From contig NC_057719.1 in NCBI RefSeq assembly GCF_004010195.1, forward strand, positions 749,417 through 813,416: a DNA stretch of 64,000 nucleotides, given 5' to 3'. Shown here in pieces: positions 11,590 to 25,225 of the stretch; position 1 is the first letter of the stretch; each line of letters starts with the position of its first letter. The stretch is from Chiloscyllium plagiosum. Lineage: Eukaryota. The position numbers were made by a program, and so were the translations under genes. The notes below the pieces were generated by a model. The model worked only from the letters and a program-made list of their open reading frames with translations. It searched no databases and was not told the DNA's origin.

Positions 11590-14500
11590 ACCACCTACCT
11601 CACCGCCACTGGATCCACCTCACTGACACTGGATCCACCTCACTGACACTGGATCCACCTCACTGCCACTGAATATACCTCACAGCCACTGGATCCACCT
11701 CACTGACACTGGATCCACCTCACTGCCACTGAATATACCTCACGGCCACTGAATATACCTCACAGCCACTGGATCCACCTCACTGACACTGGATCCACCT
11801 CACTGCCACTGAATATACCTCACGGCCACTGGATCCACCTCACTGACATTGGATTCACATCACTGCCACTAGATCCACCTCACCGCCACTGGATCCACCT
11901 CACTTCCACTGGATTCACCTCACTGCCACTAGATCCACCTCATTTCCACTGGATCCACCTCACCGCCACTGGATCCACCTCACTGCCACTGGATCCACCT
12001 CACTTCCACTGGATTCACCTCACTGCCACTAGATCCACCTCACTGCCACTGGATCCACCTCACCGCCACTGGAGCCAACTCACTGCCACTGGATCCACCT
12101 CGCCATCACTGGATCCACCTCGCTGCCACTGGATCCACCTCACCGCCACTCAATCCACCTCAACCCAACTGGATCCACCTCAACCCCACTGGATCCACCT
12201 CAACCCCACTGGATCCACCTCACTGCCACTGGATCCACCTCACCGTCAGTGGATCCACCTCACTGCCACTGGATCCACCTCACCATCACTGGATCCACCT
12301 CACTGCTACTGGATCCACCTCACCGCCACTGGATCCACCTACCCGTCACTGGATCCATCTCACTGTTACTGGATCCACCTCATTGCCACTGGACCCACCG
12401 TGGGCCCTGAGCTGGTTCACCAGTGACACCAGGCCCTCCCCAACCACCAAACCCTGGCCTGCCCAGGCCCACCCACCTCTGAGGCACTACACCTCAGGCA
12501 CCACCTACCTAACCGCCACTGGATCCACCTCACTGACACTGGATCCACCTCACTGCCACTGGATCCACCTCACTGACACTGGATCCACCTCACTGCCACT
12601 GAATATACCTCACGGCCACTGGATCCACCTCACTACCACTGGATCCACCTCACTACCACTGGATACACCTCACTGCCACTGGATCCACCTCAACTCCACT
12701 CTATCCACCTCACCATCACTGGATCCACTTCACTGTCACTGAATCCACCTCACCGCCACTGGATCCACCTCACTTCCACTGGATCCACCTCACTGCCACT
12801 AGATCCACCTCACCGCCACTGGATCAACCTCACCGCCACTGGATCCACCTCACCGCCACTGGATCCACCTCACGGCCACTGGATCCACCTCACTGTCACT
12901 GAATCCACCTCACCGCCACTGGATCCACCTCACCTCCACTGGATTCACCTCACCGCCACTGGATCCACCTCACCGCTACTGGATCCACCTCACCGCCACT
13001 GGATCCATCTCACTGCCACTGGATCCACCTCACCGTCACTGGATCCACTGTCACTGGACCCACCTAACTGCCACTGGAGCTACCTCACAGCCACTTTATC
13101 TACCTCACCACCACTGGATCCACCTCACCGCCACTGGATCCACCTCACCGCCACTGGATCCACCTCAACACCACTGGACCCACCTCACTGCCACCAGATC
13201 CACCTCACCATCACTGGATCCACCTCACTGTCACTGAATCCACCTCACCGCCACTGGATCCACCTCACGTCCACTGTATCCACCTCACGGCCACTGTATC
13301 CACCTCACCACCACTGGATCCACCTCACTGCCACTGGATCCACCTCACCGTCACTGGATCCACTGTCACTGGACCCACCTCACTGCCACTGGATCCACCT
13401 CACCACCACTGGACCCACCTCACTGCCACCAGGTCCACCTCACAGCCACTGGAACCACCTCACTATCACATCTACTTCACGGCCACTGGATCCACCTCAC
13501 GGCCACTGGATCCACCTCACCATCACATCGACCTTATGGCCACTGGATCCACCTCACTGTCACTGGATCCACCTCACCGCCACTGGATCCACCTCACCGC
13601 CACTGGATCCACCTCTCTGTCACTGGATCGACCTCACTGCCACTGGACACACCCCTCTGCCACTGGATACACTCACTGCCACTGGATCCACCTCACTGTC
13701 CCTGGATCTACCTCACCGCCACTGGATCCACCTCACTGCCACTGAATCCACCTCAGTGTCACTGGATCCACCTCAGCGTCACTGGATCCACCTCACTTCC
13801 ACTGGATCCACCTCACTCTCACTGGACCCACCTCACTGCCATTGGGTCCACCTCACTGCCACTGGATCCAACTCACTACCACTGGGTCTACCTCACTGCC
13901 ACTGGATCTACCTCACGGCCACTGGATCTACCTCACTGCCACCGGATCCACCTCATCGCCACTGGATCCACCTCACGGCCACTGGATCCACCTCACCAAC
14001 ACTGGATCCACCTCACTGTCACTGAATCCACCTCACCGCCACTGGATCCACCTCACCGCTACTGGATCCACCTCACCGCCACTGGATCCACCTCACTGCC
14101 ACTGGATCCACCTCACCGTCACTGGATCCACTGTCACTGGACCCACCTCACTGCCATTGGGTCCACCTCACTGCCACTGGATCCAACTCACTACCACTGG
14201 GTCTACCTCACTGCCACTGGATCCACTGTCACTGGACCCACCTCACTTCCACTGGATCCACCTCACAGCCACTCGATCCACCTCACCACCACTGGATCCA
14301 CCTCACCACCACTGGATCCACCTCACGGCCACTGGATCCACCTCAACGCCACTGGATCCACGTCACTGTCACTGGATCCACCTCACTGTCACTGGATCCA
14401 CCTCACCGCCACTGGATCCACTTCACTTCCACTGGATCCACCTGACTGCCACAGGATCCATCTCACTGTCACTGCATCCACCTCACCGCTACTGGATCCA

Positions 14501-17500
14501 CCTCACTTCCACTGGATTCACCTCACTGCCACTGAATCCACCTCACCTCCACTGGATCCACCTCACTGCCACTGGATCCACCTCATCGTCACTGGATCCA
14601 CTGTCTCTGGACCCTCCTCACTGCCACTGGATCCACCTCACTACCACTGGACCTACCTCACTACCACTGGATCCACCTCACCACCACTGGACCCACCTCA
14701 CGGCCACTGGATCCACCTCACCGCCACTGGATCCACCTCACCATCACTGGATCCACCTCACCGCCACTGGATCCACCGCACTTCCACTGGATTCACCTCA
14801 CCGCCACTGGATCCACCTCACCGCCACTGGATCCACCTCACTGTCCCTGGATCGACCTCACCGCCACTGGATCCACCTCACCATCACTGGATACACGTCA
14901 CTGTCACTGGATACACCTCACTGTCACTGGATCAACCTCACTGCCACTGGATCCACCTCAGCATCACTGGATCGACCTCACTGTCACCGGATCCACCTCA
15001 CTTCCACTGGATCCACCTCACTCTCACTGGACCCACCTCACTGCCACTGGATCCAACTCACTACCACTGGGTCTACCTCACTGCCACTGGATCTACGTCA
15101 CTGCCACCGGATCCACCTCATCGCCACTGGATCCACCTCACGGCCACTGGACCCACTTCATCGCCACTGGATCCAATTCACATCCACTGGATCCACCTCA
15201 CTGTCACTGAATCCACTTCACCATCACATCTACCTTACGGCCACTGGATCCATCTCATGGCCACTGGATCCACCTCACCATCACATCTACCTCACTGCCA
15301 CCGGATCCACCTCACTGTCACTGGATCCACCTCACTGCTAATGGATCCACCTCACTGTCACTGGATCCACCTCACCACCACTGGATCCACCTCACTGCCA
15401 CTGGATCCACCTCACTGTCACTGGATCCACGTCACCGCCACTGGATCCACCTCACCGCCACTGGACCCACCTCACTGCCACTGGATCCACCTCACCACCA
15501 CTGGATCCACCTCACCGCCACTGGATCCACCTCACTGCCACCGGATCCACCTCACCGTCACTGGATCAACCTTACCGGCACTGGATCCACCTCACCGCCA
15601 CTGGATCCACCTCACTGTCACTAGGGACACCTCACCGCCACTGGATCCACCTCACTGTCACTAGGTACACCTCACTGCCACTGGATCCACCTCATCACCA
15701 CTGGACTAACCTCACTGCCACTGGACCAACCTCGCCATCACATCTGCCTCACGGCCACTGGATCCATCTCACGGCCTCTGGATCCACCTCACCAACACAT
15801 CTGCCTCACTGCCACCGGATCCACCTTACTGTCACTGGATATACCTCACCGCCACTGGATTCACCTCACCACCACTGGATCCACCTCACTGTCACTGGAT
15901 CACCCGCACCACCACTGGTTCCGCCTCACTGCCACTGGTTCCACCTCACTGGATCCACCTCACCGCCACTGGATTCACATCACCGCCACTGGATCCACCT
16001 CATCACAACTGGATCCACATCACGGCCACTGGATCCACCTCACAATCACATCTACCTCAAGGCCACTGGATCCACCTCACGGTCACTGGATCCACCTGAC
16101 CGTCACTGGATCCACCTCACTGCCACTGGATCAACCTCACTGCAACTGGACCCACCTCACTGCCACCGGGGCTACCTCTTCGCCACTGGATCCACCTCAC
16201 TGCCACCAGATTCACCTCATCGCCACTGGATCCACCTCACGGCCACTGGATCCACTCCACCATCACATCTACCTCACGGCCACTGGATCCATCTCACGGC
16301 CACTGGATCCACCTCACTGTCACTGGATCCACCTCACTGCTACTGCACCCCCCCAAACAACCACTGGATCCACCTCACTGTCCCTGGATCCACCTCACTG
16401 CCACTGGATCCACCTCACCATCACTGGATCCACCTCACTGTCACTGGATCCACATCACCTTTACTGGATCCACCTCAATGCCACTGGATCCACCTCACTG
16501 TCACAGGATCCACCTCAATGCCACTGGATCCACCTCACCGCCACTGGATCCACCTCACTGCCACTGGATCCCCCTCACAACCACTGGACCCACCTCACTG
16601 GCACCGTGTACACCTCACTTCCACTGGATCCAACTCATCGCCACTGTATCCACCTCACGGCCACTGGATCCACCTCACCACCACTGGATCCACCTCACAG
16701 CCACTGGGTCCACCTCACCATCGCATCCACCTCACTGTCACTGGATCCACCTCACTGCCACTGGATTCTCATCACTGTCACTGGATCCAACTCACCGCCA
16801 CTGGATCCACCTCACCACCACTGGATCCACCTCACCGCCACTGGATCAACCTCACTGCCACTGGACCCACCTCACTGCCACTGGATCCACCTCAACTGCC
16901 ACTGGATCCACCTCACCATCACTGGATTCACCTCACTGCTACCAGATCCACCTCACTGCCACCAGATCCACCTCACTGCCACTGGATCCACCTCACTGCC
17001 ACTGGATCCACCTCACTACCACTGGATCCACCTCACTTCCACTCAGCGCCACCGGATTCACCTTACCATCACTGGGTCCACCACACCATCACTGGATCTA
17101 CCTCACTGCCACTGGATCCACCTCTCCACCGCTGGAGCCACCTCTCCTCCACTGGAGCCACCTCACTGCCAGAGGATCCACCTCACTACCACTGGATCTA
17201 CCACACCTCCACTGGATCCACATCTCCACCACTGGTCCACCTCACTGCCGCTAGATCCACCTCACTGCCACTCGACCCACCTCACCAGCACTGGATCTAC
17301 CACACTGCCACTGGATCCACCTCTCTGCCACTGGACCCACCTCACTGCCACTGGATCCACCGCACCTCCACTGGGGATCCACCTCACTGCCACTGGATCC
17401 ACCTCACTACCACTGGATCCACCTCACTTCCACTGGATCCACCTCACCTCCACGGGATCCATCTCACTGCCACTGGATCCACCTCAACTCCACTGGATCC

Positions 17501-17952
17501 ACCACACCTCCACTGGATCCACCTCACTGCCACTGGATCCACCTAAACCCCACTGGATCCACCTCACTGCCACTGGATCCACCTCACCACCACTGGATTC
17601 TCCTCACTGCCACTGGATCCACCTCACACCACTGGATCCACAGCACCACCACTGGATCCCTCTGACTGTCACTGGACCCACCTCACTGCCACTGGATCCA
17701 CCTCACCGCCACTGGATCCACCTCACTGCTACTGGATCCACCTCACCACCACTGGATTCTCCTCACTTCCACTGGATCCACCTCACTGTCACAGGACCCA
17801 CCTCACTGCCACTGGATCCACCTCACCACCACTGGATCCACCTCACCACCACTGGATCCACCTCACCACCATTGGATCCACCTCACTGTCACTGGATCCC
17901 CTTCACTTCCACTGAATAAACGTCACCACCGCTGGATCCACCTCACTGCCAC
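11590..17952. repeat. Satellite, 20-bp unit CAC(T/C)GCCACTGGATCCACCT, roughly 300 copies
   Basis: Direct 20-bp periodicity over ~6.4 kb; BamHI site GGATCC in most units. Confidence 0.98.
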
Positions 17953-18025
17953 TGCTGCCAAGCCCCACTCACCCCACAACCAGGAGTTCCCGCTCTGGTC
18001 TTACTGTAACCAGGAGTCCCCAGTC

Positions 18026-18083
18026 CAGGCCCATGGACAGGCCTATGGACAGGCCCATGGACAGGCCTATGGACAGGCCTATG
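18026..18083. repeat. 12-bp tandem repeat CAGGCC(C/T)ATGGA, ~4.8 copies
   Basis: Units start at 18026, 18038, 18050, 18062 and 18074. Confidence 0.95.
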
Positions 18084-19202
18084 ATCACATGGATACAGGA
18101 ATAGTGCAGGAGGGAGGGTTTCAGATATATGGATAATTGGGGCTCATTCTGGGGAAGGTGGGACCTGTACAAACAGGACGGTCTTCACTTGAACCAGAGG
18201 GGTACGAATATCCTGGGTGGGAAATTTGCTGGTGCTATTCGGGTGGGTTTAAACTAGCTCAGCAGGGGGATGGGAACCTGAGATGTAGTTGCAGTGTACA
18301 GGAGGATGAGAGTAGGGAGGACAGGGGCAGGATTTCAGGGTCACAGGAACGTGCTGGCAGACAGCGAAGTGGTTTGAAGTGTGTCTTCTTCAATGCCAGA
18401 AGTATTTGGAATAAGGTAGGTGAGCTTGCAGCATGGATAGGTACCTGGGACATCGATGTGGTGGCCATTTGGGAGACATGGATAGAGCAGGGTGAGGAAT
18501 GGATGTTGCACGTTCCAGGGTTTACATCTTTCATTAAGAACAGGCAAGGTGGTAAAAGAGAGGGAGGTGTGGCCTTGTTAGTCAAAGATAGTATAACAGT
18601 GGCAGAGAGAACTTTTGAAGAGGACTTGTCTACTGAGGTAGTGTGGGCTGAGGTTAGAAACAGGTGAGGAGAGGTCACAGTGCTCCGAGTTTTTTATAGG
18701 CCTCCGCAGAGTTCCAGGGAGGCAGAAGAGAGGATTGGCAAAACAATTGTGGGTAGGAATGAAAGGAACAGGGTGGTCATTATGGGGGCCTTTAACTTCC
18801 CCAACATTGACTGGAAATGCTATAACTCTAGTATGTCGGATGGATCAGTTTTTGTCCAATGTGTGCAGGAGGGTTTCCTGACACAGTATGTCGAAGGGTG
18901 GACAAGAGGGGAGGCCACACTGGATCTGGTGCTTGGTAATGAACCAGGCCAGGTGTTTGATTTAGTTGTAGGTGAACACTTTGGTGAGTGACCATAATTC
19001 AGTTAGGTTTAGTTTAGCGATGGAAAGGGATCGGTACATTCCACAGGTCAAGAGTTATCGATGGGGCAAGGGCAATTATAATGTGATTAGGCAAGAATTA
19101 GGATGCATAGAATGGGGTAGCAAAATGCAGGGGATGGGGACAATGGAAATGTGGAGCTAGTTTAAGGAACAGATATTGCGTGTCCTTGATAGGTATGTCC
19201 CT

Positions 19203-19687
19203 ATACCCAGCATGAGCAAAACCAATGTAGTGTACAAACTCCCATGCAAGGACTGCACAAAACACTACATAGGACAAACAGGAAGACAGCTAACGATCTG
19301 TATCCATGAACATCAACTAGCCACGAAACGACACAACCAGCTATCCTTAGTAGCCACACATGCAGATGACAAGCAAAATGAATCCGACTGGGACAACACT
19401 ACTATTATAGGACAAGCAAAACAGAGGACAGCCAGGGAATTCCTAGAGGCATGGCACTCATCCACAGTTTCTATCAACAAACACATTGACCTGAACCCAA
19501 TATACCGGCCACTACAGCGGACAGCTGAAACTGACAACCGGAAGCGGCAGGGACAGGCCACTATAAATGCCGGAGGAAACACCACAGAAGCGCTTCACAG
19601 GAGGCTCCCAAGCACTGAGGATGTCACCTAGACAGGGGACAAAACGTCTGCAACACAAATTCCCAGCTCGGCGAACAGAACCACAAC
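19203..19687 (+). mobile_element. Penelope-like element 3' fragment (GIY-YIG endonuclease plus hammerhead) nested in CR1
   Basis: VVYKLPCKDCTKHYIGQTGRQL...HEH...REFLEA; 12-bp TSD aggtatgtccct at 19191-19202 and 19688-19699. Confidence 0.92.
19612..19651 (+). ncRNA. Hammerhead ribozyme motif with one core substitution (GAAA to AAAA)
   Basis: GCA-CUGAGGA-U-GUCACCU-AGAC-AGGGGAC-AAAA-CGUC-UGC; stem I GCA/UGC, stem II 6 of 7 pairs. Confidence 0.72.
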
Positions 19688-21694
19688 AGGTATGTCCCTG
19701 TCAGGCAAGGAGGAAGAATAAGGTAAGGGAACCATGGTTTACCAGAGAAATTGTATTTCTTGTTAAGCGGAAGAGGGAGGCTTATGTGACGTTGAGGCAA
19801 GATGGTTCTGATGAGGCGATGAAGAGTTACAGAGTAGCTAGGAAGGATTTAAAGAGAGAGTTAAGAGCAAGGAGGGGAAGTGAGCAGATAGAATAAAGGA
19901 GAACCCTAAGGCTTTCTATAGGTATGTGAGGAATAAAAGGATAACAAGGGTAGGAATATGGCCAGTCAAAGACAGAAGTGGGAAGTTGAGTGTGGACCCT
20001 GTGGAGATCGGAGAGGTGCTAAACGAACATTTCTCATCGGTTTTCACTCAGGAAAAGGAGAATATTGTAGAGGAGAAGAATGAGATAGGGGATATTAGAC
20101 TAGAAAGGATTGAGGTTACTACAGAGGAGATGTTATCAATTCTAGAAGGAGTGAAAGTAGACAAGTCCCCTGGGTCGGATGGGATTTATCTGAAGATTCT
20201 CTGGGAAGATAGGGAGGAGATAGCAGAGCCTTTGGCTTTGATATTTGAGTCGTCATTGTCTACAGGTTTAGTACCTGAGGACTGGAGGATTGCAAATGTT
20301 GTGCCCTTGTTCAAGAAGGGCAGCAGAGATGACCAAGGTAGGTGAGCCTTACTACTGTTGTAGGAAAGGTTCTGGGAAGGATTATAAGAGATAGGATTTA
20401 TAATCATTTAGCAAGCAACAATTTGTTTGGAAATAGTCAACATGGCTTCGACAAGGGCAGGTCGTATCTCACAAACCTCATTGAGTTTTTGAGAAGGTGA
20501 CCAAGCATGTGGATGAGGGTAGGGCAGTTGACGTGGTGTACATGGACTTCAGTAAAGCCTTTGATCGAGATTCACATGGTAGGCTGTTGGAGAAAATGCA
20601 CAGGCATGGGATCGAGGGTGATTTAGCAGTTTGGATTAGAAACTGGCTTTCTGAAAGAAGGCAGCGAGTGGTGGTTGATGGAAAATATTCAGCCTGGAGT
20701 CCAGTTACTAGTGGTGTGCCACAAGGATCTGCTTTGGGACCACTGCTGTTTGTCATTTTTATAAATGACTTAGACGCAGGCATAGGTGGATGGGTTAGTA
20801 AATTTGCAGATGACATTAAAGTCGGTGGATAGTGGACAGTTTGGAAGAATGTTACAGGTTGCAGGGGGACTTGGATAAACTATAGAATTGGGCAGAGGTG
20901 GCAAATGGAGTTCAATGCAGCTAAATGTGAGGTGATGCACTTTGGGAAGAATAACAGGAAGGCAGAGTACTTGGTCAATGGAAAGATTCTTGGTAGTGTG
21001 GATGTGCAGAGGGATCTTGGAGTCCATGTATATAGATCCCTGAAAGTTGCCACCCAGGTGGATAGTGCTGTTAAGAAGGCAATACAGTGTGTTAGGTTAC
21101 ATTGGTAGAGGGATTGAGTCCCGGAGCCGCAATATCATGCTGTAACTATACAAAACGCTAGTGCGGTCACACTTGGAATATTGTGTACAGTTCTGGTCGC
21201 CATATTTCGGGAAGGATGTGGAAGCATTGGAAAAGGTGCAGAAGAGATTTACCAGGATGTTGCCTGGTCTGGAGGGAAGGTCTTATGAGGAAAGGCTGAG
21301 AGACCTGGGTCTGTTCTCATTGGAGAGAAGAAGACTAAGAGGGGATAGAGACATACAAGATGATCAGAGGATTAGATATGGGAGTCGCTGAAAGACTTTT
21401 CCCTAGGATGATGATGTCAGCTTGTACGAGGGGGTATAACTACAAATTGAGGGGTGATAGATTTAAGACAGATGTCAGAGGCAGGTTCTTTACGCAGAGA
21501 GTGGTAGGGGCATGGAATGCCCTGCCTGCTAATGTAGTTAACTCAGCCACAGTAGGGAGATTTAAACAATCCTTAGATAAGCACATGGATAATTTTGGGA
21601 TAGTGTCGGGGGGTGAACTGGGAATAGTTCACAGGTCGATGCAACATCGAGGGCTGAAGGGCCTGTTCTGCGCTGTCTTGTTCTATGTTCCAAG

Positions 21695-22300
21695 GTAATC
21701 CTGGGACTCACCAACAATCTGTCCTGGTGCACTCACACTGGTACGACAGTCAAGAAAACACAACGTCTCTACTCCCTCAGGAGCCTAAGGAAATTTAGAA
21801 TGTCCAGAAGGACCCTCACCAATCTTTATCGGTGCACCGCTGAAAACATTCCATCTGGATGCATCACAGCCTGGAACGGCAACTGCTCTGCCCAGGACAG
21901 TAAGGAACTACAGAGAGTTGTGGACACAGCCCAGAGCATCACACAAACCAATCTTCCATCCACTGACTCCATCTACACCACTCAGTGCCACAAGAAGGCA
22001 GCCGACATCATCACAGACCCCTCCCACCCCGATTATAATCTATTCTGTTGGACAGAAGATACAAAACCTTTGAACACAGAGACCAACAGGTTCAGGAACA
22101 GCTTCTTCCCCGCTCTTATTACACTGATGGATGTCAAATGTAATGTTGGTCTCACTCTGTGTGCACCTTCCCTGCAGCTGTAACATTGCATTCCTCGCTC
22201 CGTCCTATTACCCTAATGCATTTTGGGCGATCTGTCTGAACTGCACGCAAAACAAAACTTTCCACTGTGGCTAGATGCATGTGACAAAAATAAATCACAT
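21695..22300 (+). mobile_element. Rex1/Babar-type LINE 3' fragment
   Basis: LTNLYRCTAENIPSGCITAWNGNC...LQRVV...DPSHP...FRNSFFP. Confidence 0.85.
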
Positions 22301-22639
22301 CAAACCTCAGCAGCGTTGGAGAGAATTCCACAGGTTCACCACCTTCTGAATGGACACAGTTATTCCTCACCGCAGTCTGAAATAGTCTATCCCATCCCCT
22401 GAGCCAGTGATTTCGCGTTCTCCAATCAGGAGAAATATCTTCCCTGCATCTAGTGTGCCAACCTTTTCAGATCCCCTCAAATCCTTCGAAACTGAAATGT
22501 AATTCTGTGATTGGACCATATTTGCTCAATATTCCTGAATGTGCAAAAAACTATCCTGACGGTCAATTAATGGTCAAGCTCACAGTGTGATGCATGGAGC
22601 CTCCACAGATTAATACAGAGGGCACAGTTTCTTTTGATT

Positions 22640-22970
22640 TTGATTTGATTTATTGTAGCCACATGTCCCCGAGCACAGTGAACAGTTTTGTTTTGCAAGC
22701 AGTGCAGGCAAATCACTCCATATCAGGACATCCAGCTCACAGGGTGCTTCGACAGTGTGATTACACGGCACAGTAAGTGCACAAAGCAAGATCGACATTA
22801 TTTGGAGTTGGAGCAGTCCATTCGGCAGTCTAATAAAGGCAGGGAAGAAGCTGTTCTTGAACCTGTTACTGCGTTTCTTCAAGCTTCTGTATCTTCTGCC
22901 TGACAGAGGAGATAGCATTACTGGGGCGGGAGGGGTCTTTGATGATGTTGGTAGCCTTTCTGTGGCAACC
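22640..22970 (-). mobile_element. Rex1/Babar-type LINE 3' end
   Basis: IIKDPSRP...PLSGRRYRSL...RFKNSFFP; (aaatc)n tail. Confidence 0.8.
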
Positions 22971-24239
22971 TCCTAGATGGTACATGTGCACACACAACTG
23001 AACAATGTAGGTGACTGCTGTTCTCTGGTTCCTGGGGCAGTTAACTGTCAATCATCGTATAACTGGTGTATTCCTCAAGGCAACCCCTTTAGCAACCTGA
23101 AGAAGCTCTGAAAAAGATTCCATGTTAACTCTGCTTTCTCTCCACAGATGCTGCCAGACGTACTGAGTTTCTGCAGTAATTTGTTTTTATTCCAGATTTC
23201 CAAAATCTCTGTCTTTGGCTTTTAGTTTCCTCTCCTGATCTGGGTCCAGTTGCCATCCTCATAACTCCCTGCTCCTGCGGTACGACGTCGATTTCCCTTC
23301 ACTTTCATAACCTTGCAAATTATCCTGATCGGTGCAAGATGAAAAGTCTTTCCTTTTGCAAAAATGTGTCATTTCTTTTTTTGCAACACTGAGGCAGGTC
23401 TCTGTCTTTCCAGCAATATCCTCCGTGGCAGCCAGCCTGCTTTTCAGATGAAGGGGAGTTATGTCCCTTGCCTCAGACTGCCCTTTTTCCTTCCTTATCT
23501 TCCCATGAGTTTGGATCAGATTTAGCTTTAACCGGGAGCTCCGTCTCTGTCAGATGGAAACTGCTCTGTTCTTTTGGCTGAGGTTTACTGGAGATGTTTC
23601 AAGAAACCAACGACAATATATAAGTTCTGGGCTTGCTATGTCTTGCAGCCTGATATGAAGCCGTGAGTTATCAGGGCTTGATGAAGGAGCGTTTTGTAGG
23701 GATATCTTTCAGACTCAGAGTCAGTCAGATAGAAAACAAGAAAGTATATCATCCCGACTTGCCTGGAATTTAATGACTCTGTCCAGATAGCAATCTGCAA
23801 AGAATCTAGATTCATATTTATAATTAAAGGCAGATTAGTGAGATGCTTTGAAGTCAGTTTTAAGACTTCAAATTAATTTGGGGATTGAGATTAGATCAGG
23901 AACAACAGGACCAATATGTGAATATTTTGGAGAGATGTTCACCATGTCGAGGTAACAAATCAATCGGTAAGGTTGCTGCTTAATGCAGTGACTCCCCTCA
24001 GACGGAGCTGGGAGTTTGAGGCTTGTTTCAGACAGGGAGCATCTCAGGACAATGGCACAGCTGCTGTCATCCTGATATCCTGCCTTTCGCAGTCACTGGC
24101 TCCTCAGCCCCTTGACAATGTCCAGGACATTCCCACACAGCACCTCGGATACAGACGGCCGTGCGGTCAATCCCAATCTCAGGATTTAGGAGAAATTAAA
24201 TATTGGTGCTGCACTGTCAGAGGTACTGCGTTTATATAC

Positions 24240-24580
24240 CACTCTCCCCATCACCCTGTATCAGTCCCCACACTAATCCCACTGCCCCGCTCTCTCCCCA
24301 TAGCCCTGTATCAGCCCCCACNNNNNNNNNNNNNNNNNNNNNNNNCACTAATCCCACTACCCCACTCACTCCCCATTGCCCTGTATCAATCCCCACACTA
24401 ATCCCACTGCCCTGTTCTCTCCCCATCGTCCTGTATCAATCCCCACAGTAATCCCACTGCCCCACTCTCTCCCCATAGCCCCCTGTATCAGTCCACAAAC
24501 TAATCTCACTGCCCTGTTCTCTCCCCATCGCCCTGTATCAATCCCCACAGTAATCCCATGGTCCCGCGCTCTCCCCATTC
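24240..24580. repeat. 50-bp C-rich minisatellite (cactaatcccactgcccc...gccctgtatcaatcccca)
   Basis: Units at 24271, 24346, 24396 and onward; contains a small gap. Confidence 0.9.
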
Positions 24581-25225
24581 TTCTGTAGCACTCTCTGTCT
24601 TGAATGTAAGAGGCACTCAGTAAGTGCTGGCTCTTCAGCACATGCCATGGGAGAATATGCTTCTTCCTCAAGTGGCCTCCATCTCTTGCCAAGCCTACCT
24701 TTGTCTCTTCTTGCTCCTGGGGCCATCATCGCCATGGAGACCTTGAACAGATCGCCCTCCGATCCCCTTCCTCCCAAGGAGAACACCAGCTTCTCCAGAA
24801 CTAACCTGGACCCTCTCAGAGAATATGATAGCCTTTGTGTAACATTGTTGGCTATAACTGGCCCCAAGACCCTGGGGGTGACCTGACCATCACAAAACCT
24901 CAGCAGGTCGGGCGTCATCGGAGAACAGGAAATCAGACCCTGGCCTGGAACTGACAGTAACTGGGAAAGGCTGGGATGTATGCCTGGAAGAACATAACCT
25001 CACGTCTGCTTGAGTAGCCTGTAACCTTCAGGACTTAATATTGTGAACAATAACTCACAGGTCTGGGAGGTCCCTTACATGGACTTGACCCAGTCCCTGG
25101 CATGATACTGGCTGCGTTCAGTACGGCCAATCATTTCCACTCACTAATGGTCCCTGCCATCAGCTCTTCTGTCTCCTTGGTCCACCATTATCCATCCCTT
25201 GGTCTGACAAACTCTCCCCCAATGG

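Larger units (their letters stand above)
18087..21690 (+). mobile_element. Near full-length decayed CR1/HER1 LINE: ORF1 esterase C-terminus, ORF2 AP-endonuclease and RT, 3' tail
   Basis: ORF1 end ...WDLYKQDGLHLNQRG...GLN* (stop 18255-18257); [50 protein letters not shown]; many stops and frameshifts. Confidence 0.95.

Noticed and set aside
11590..17952. CRISPR-like array, or a His/Pro/Thr-rich protein gene (ORFs up to 499 aa)
   Set aside because: Head-to-tail 20-bp units with no unique spacers and no cas genes in a vertebrate context. The ORFs arise in all frames because the unit is stop-free, and indels do not preserve frame.
18680..21391. Functional RT or endonuclease gene
   Set aside because: Multiple stops, frameshifts and a nested insertion; a dead CR1 copy.
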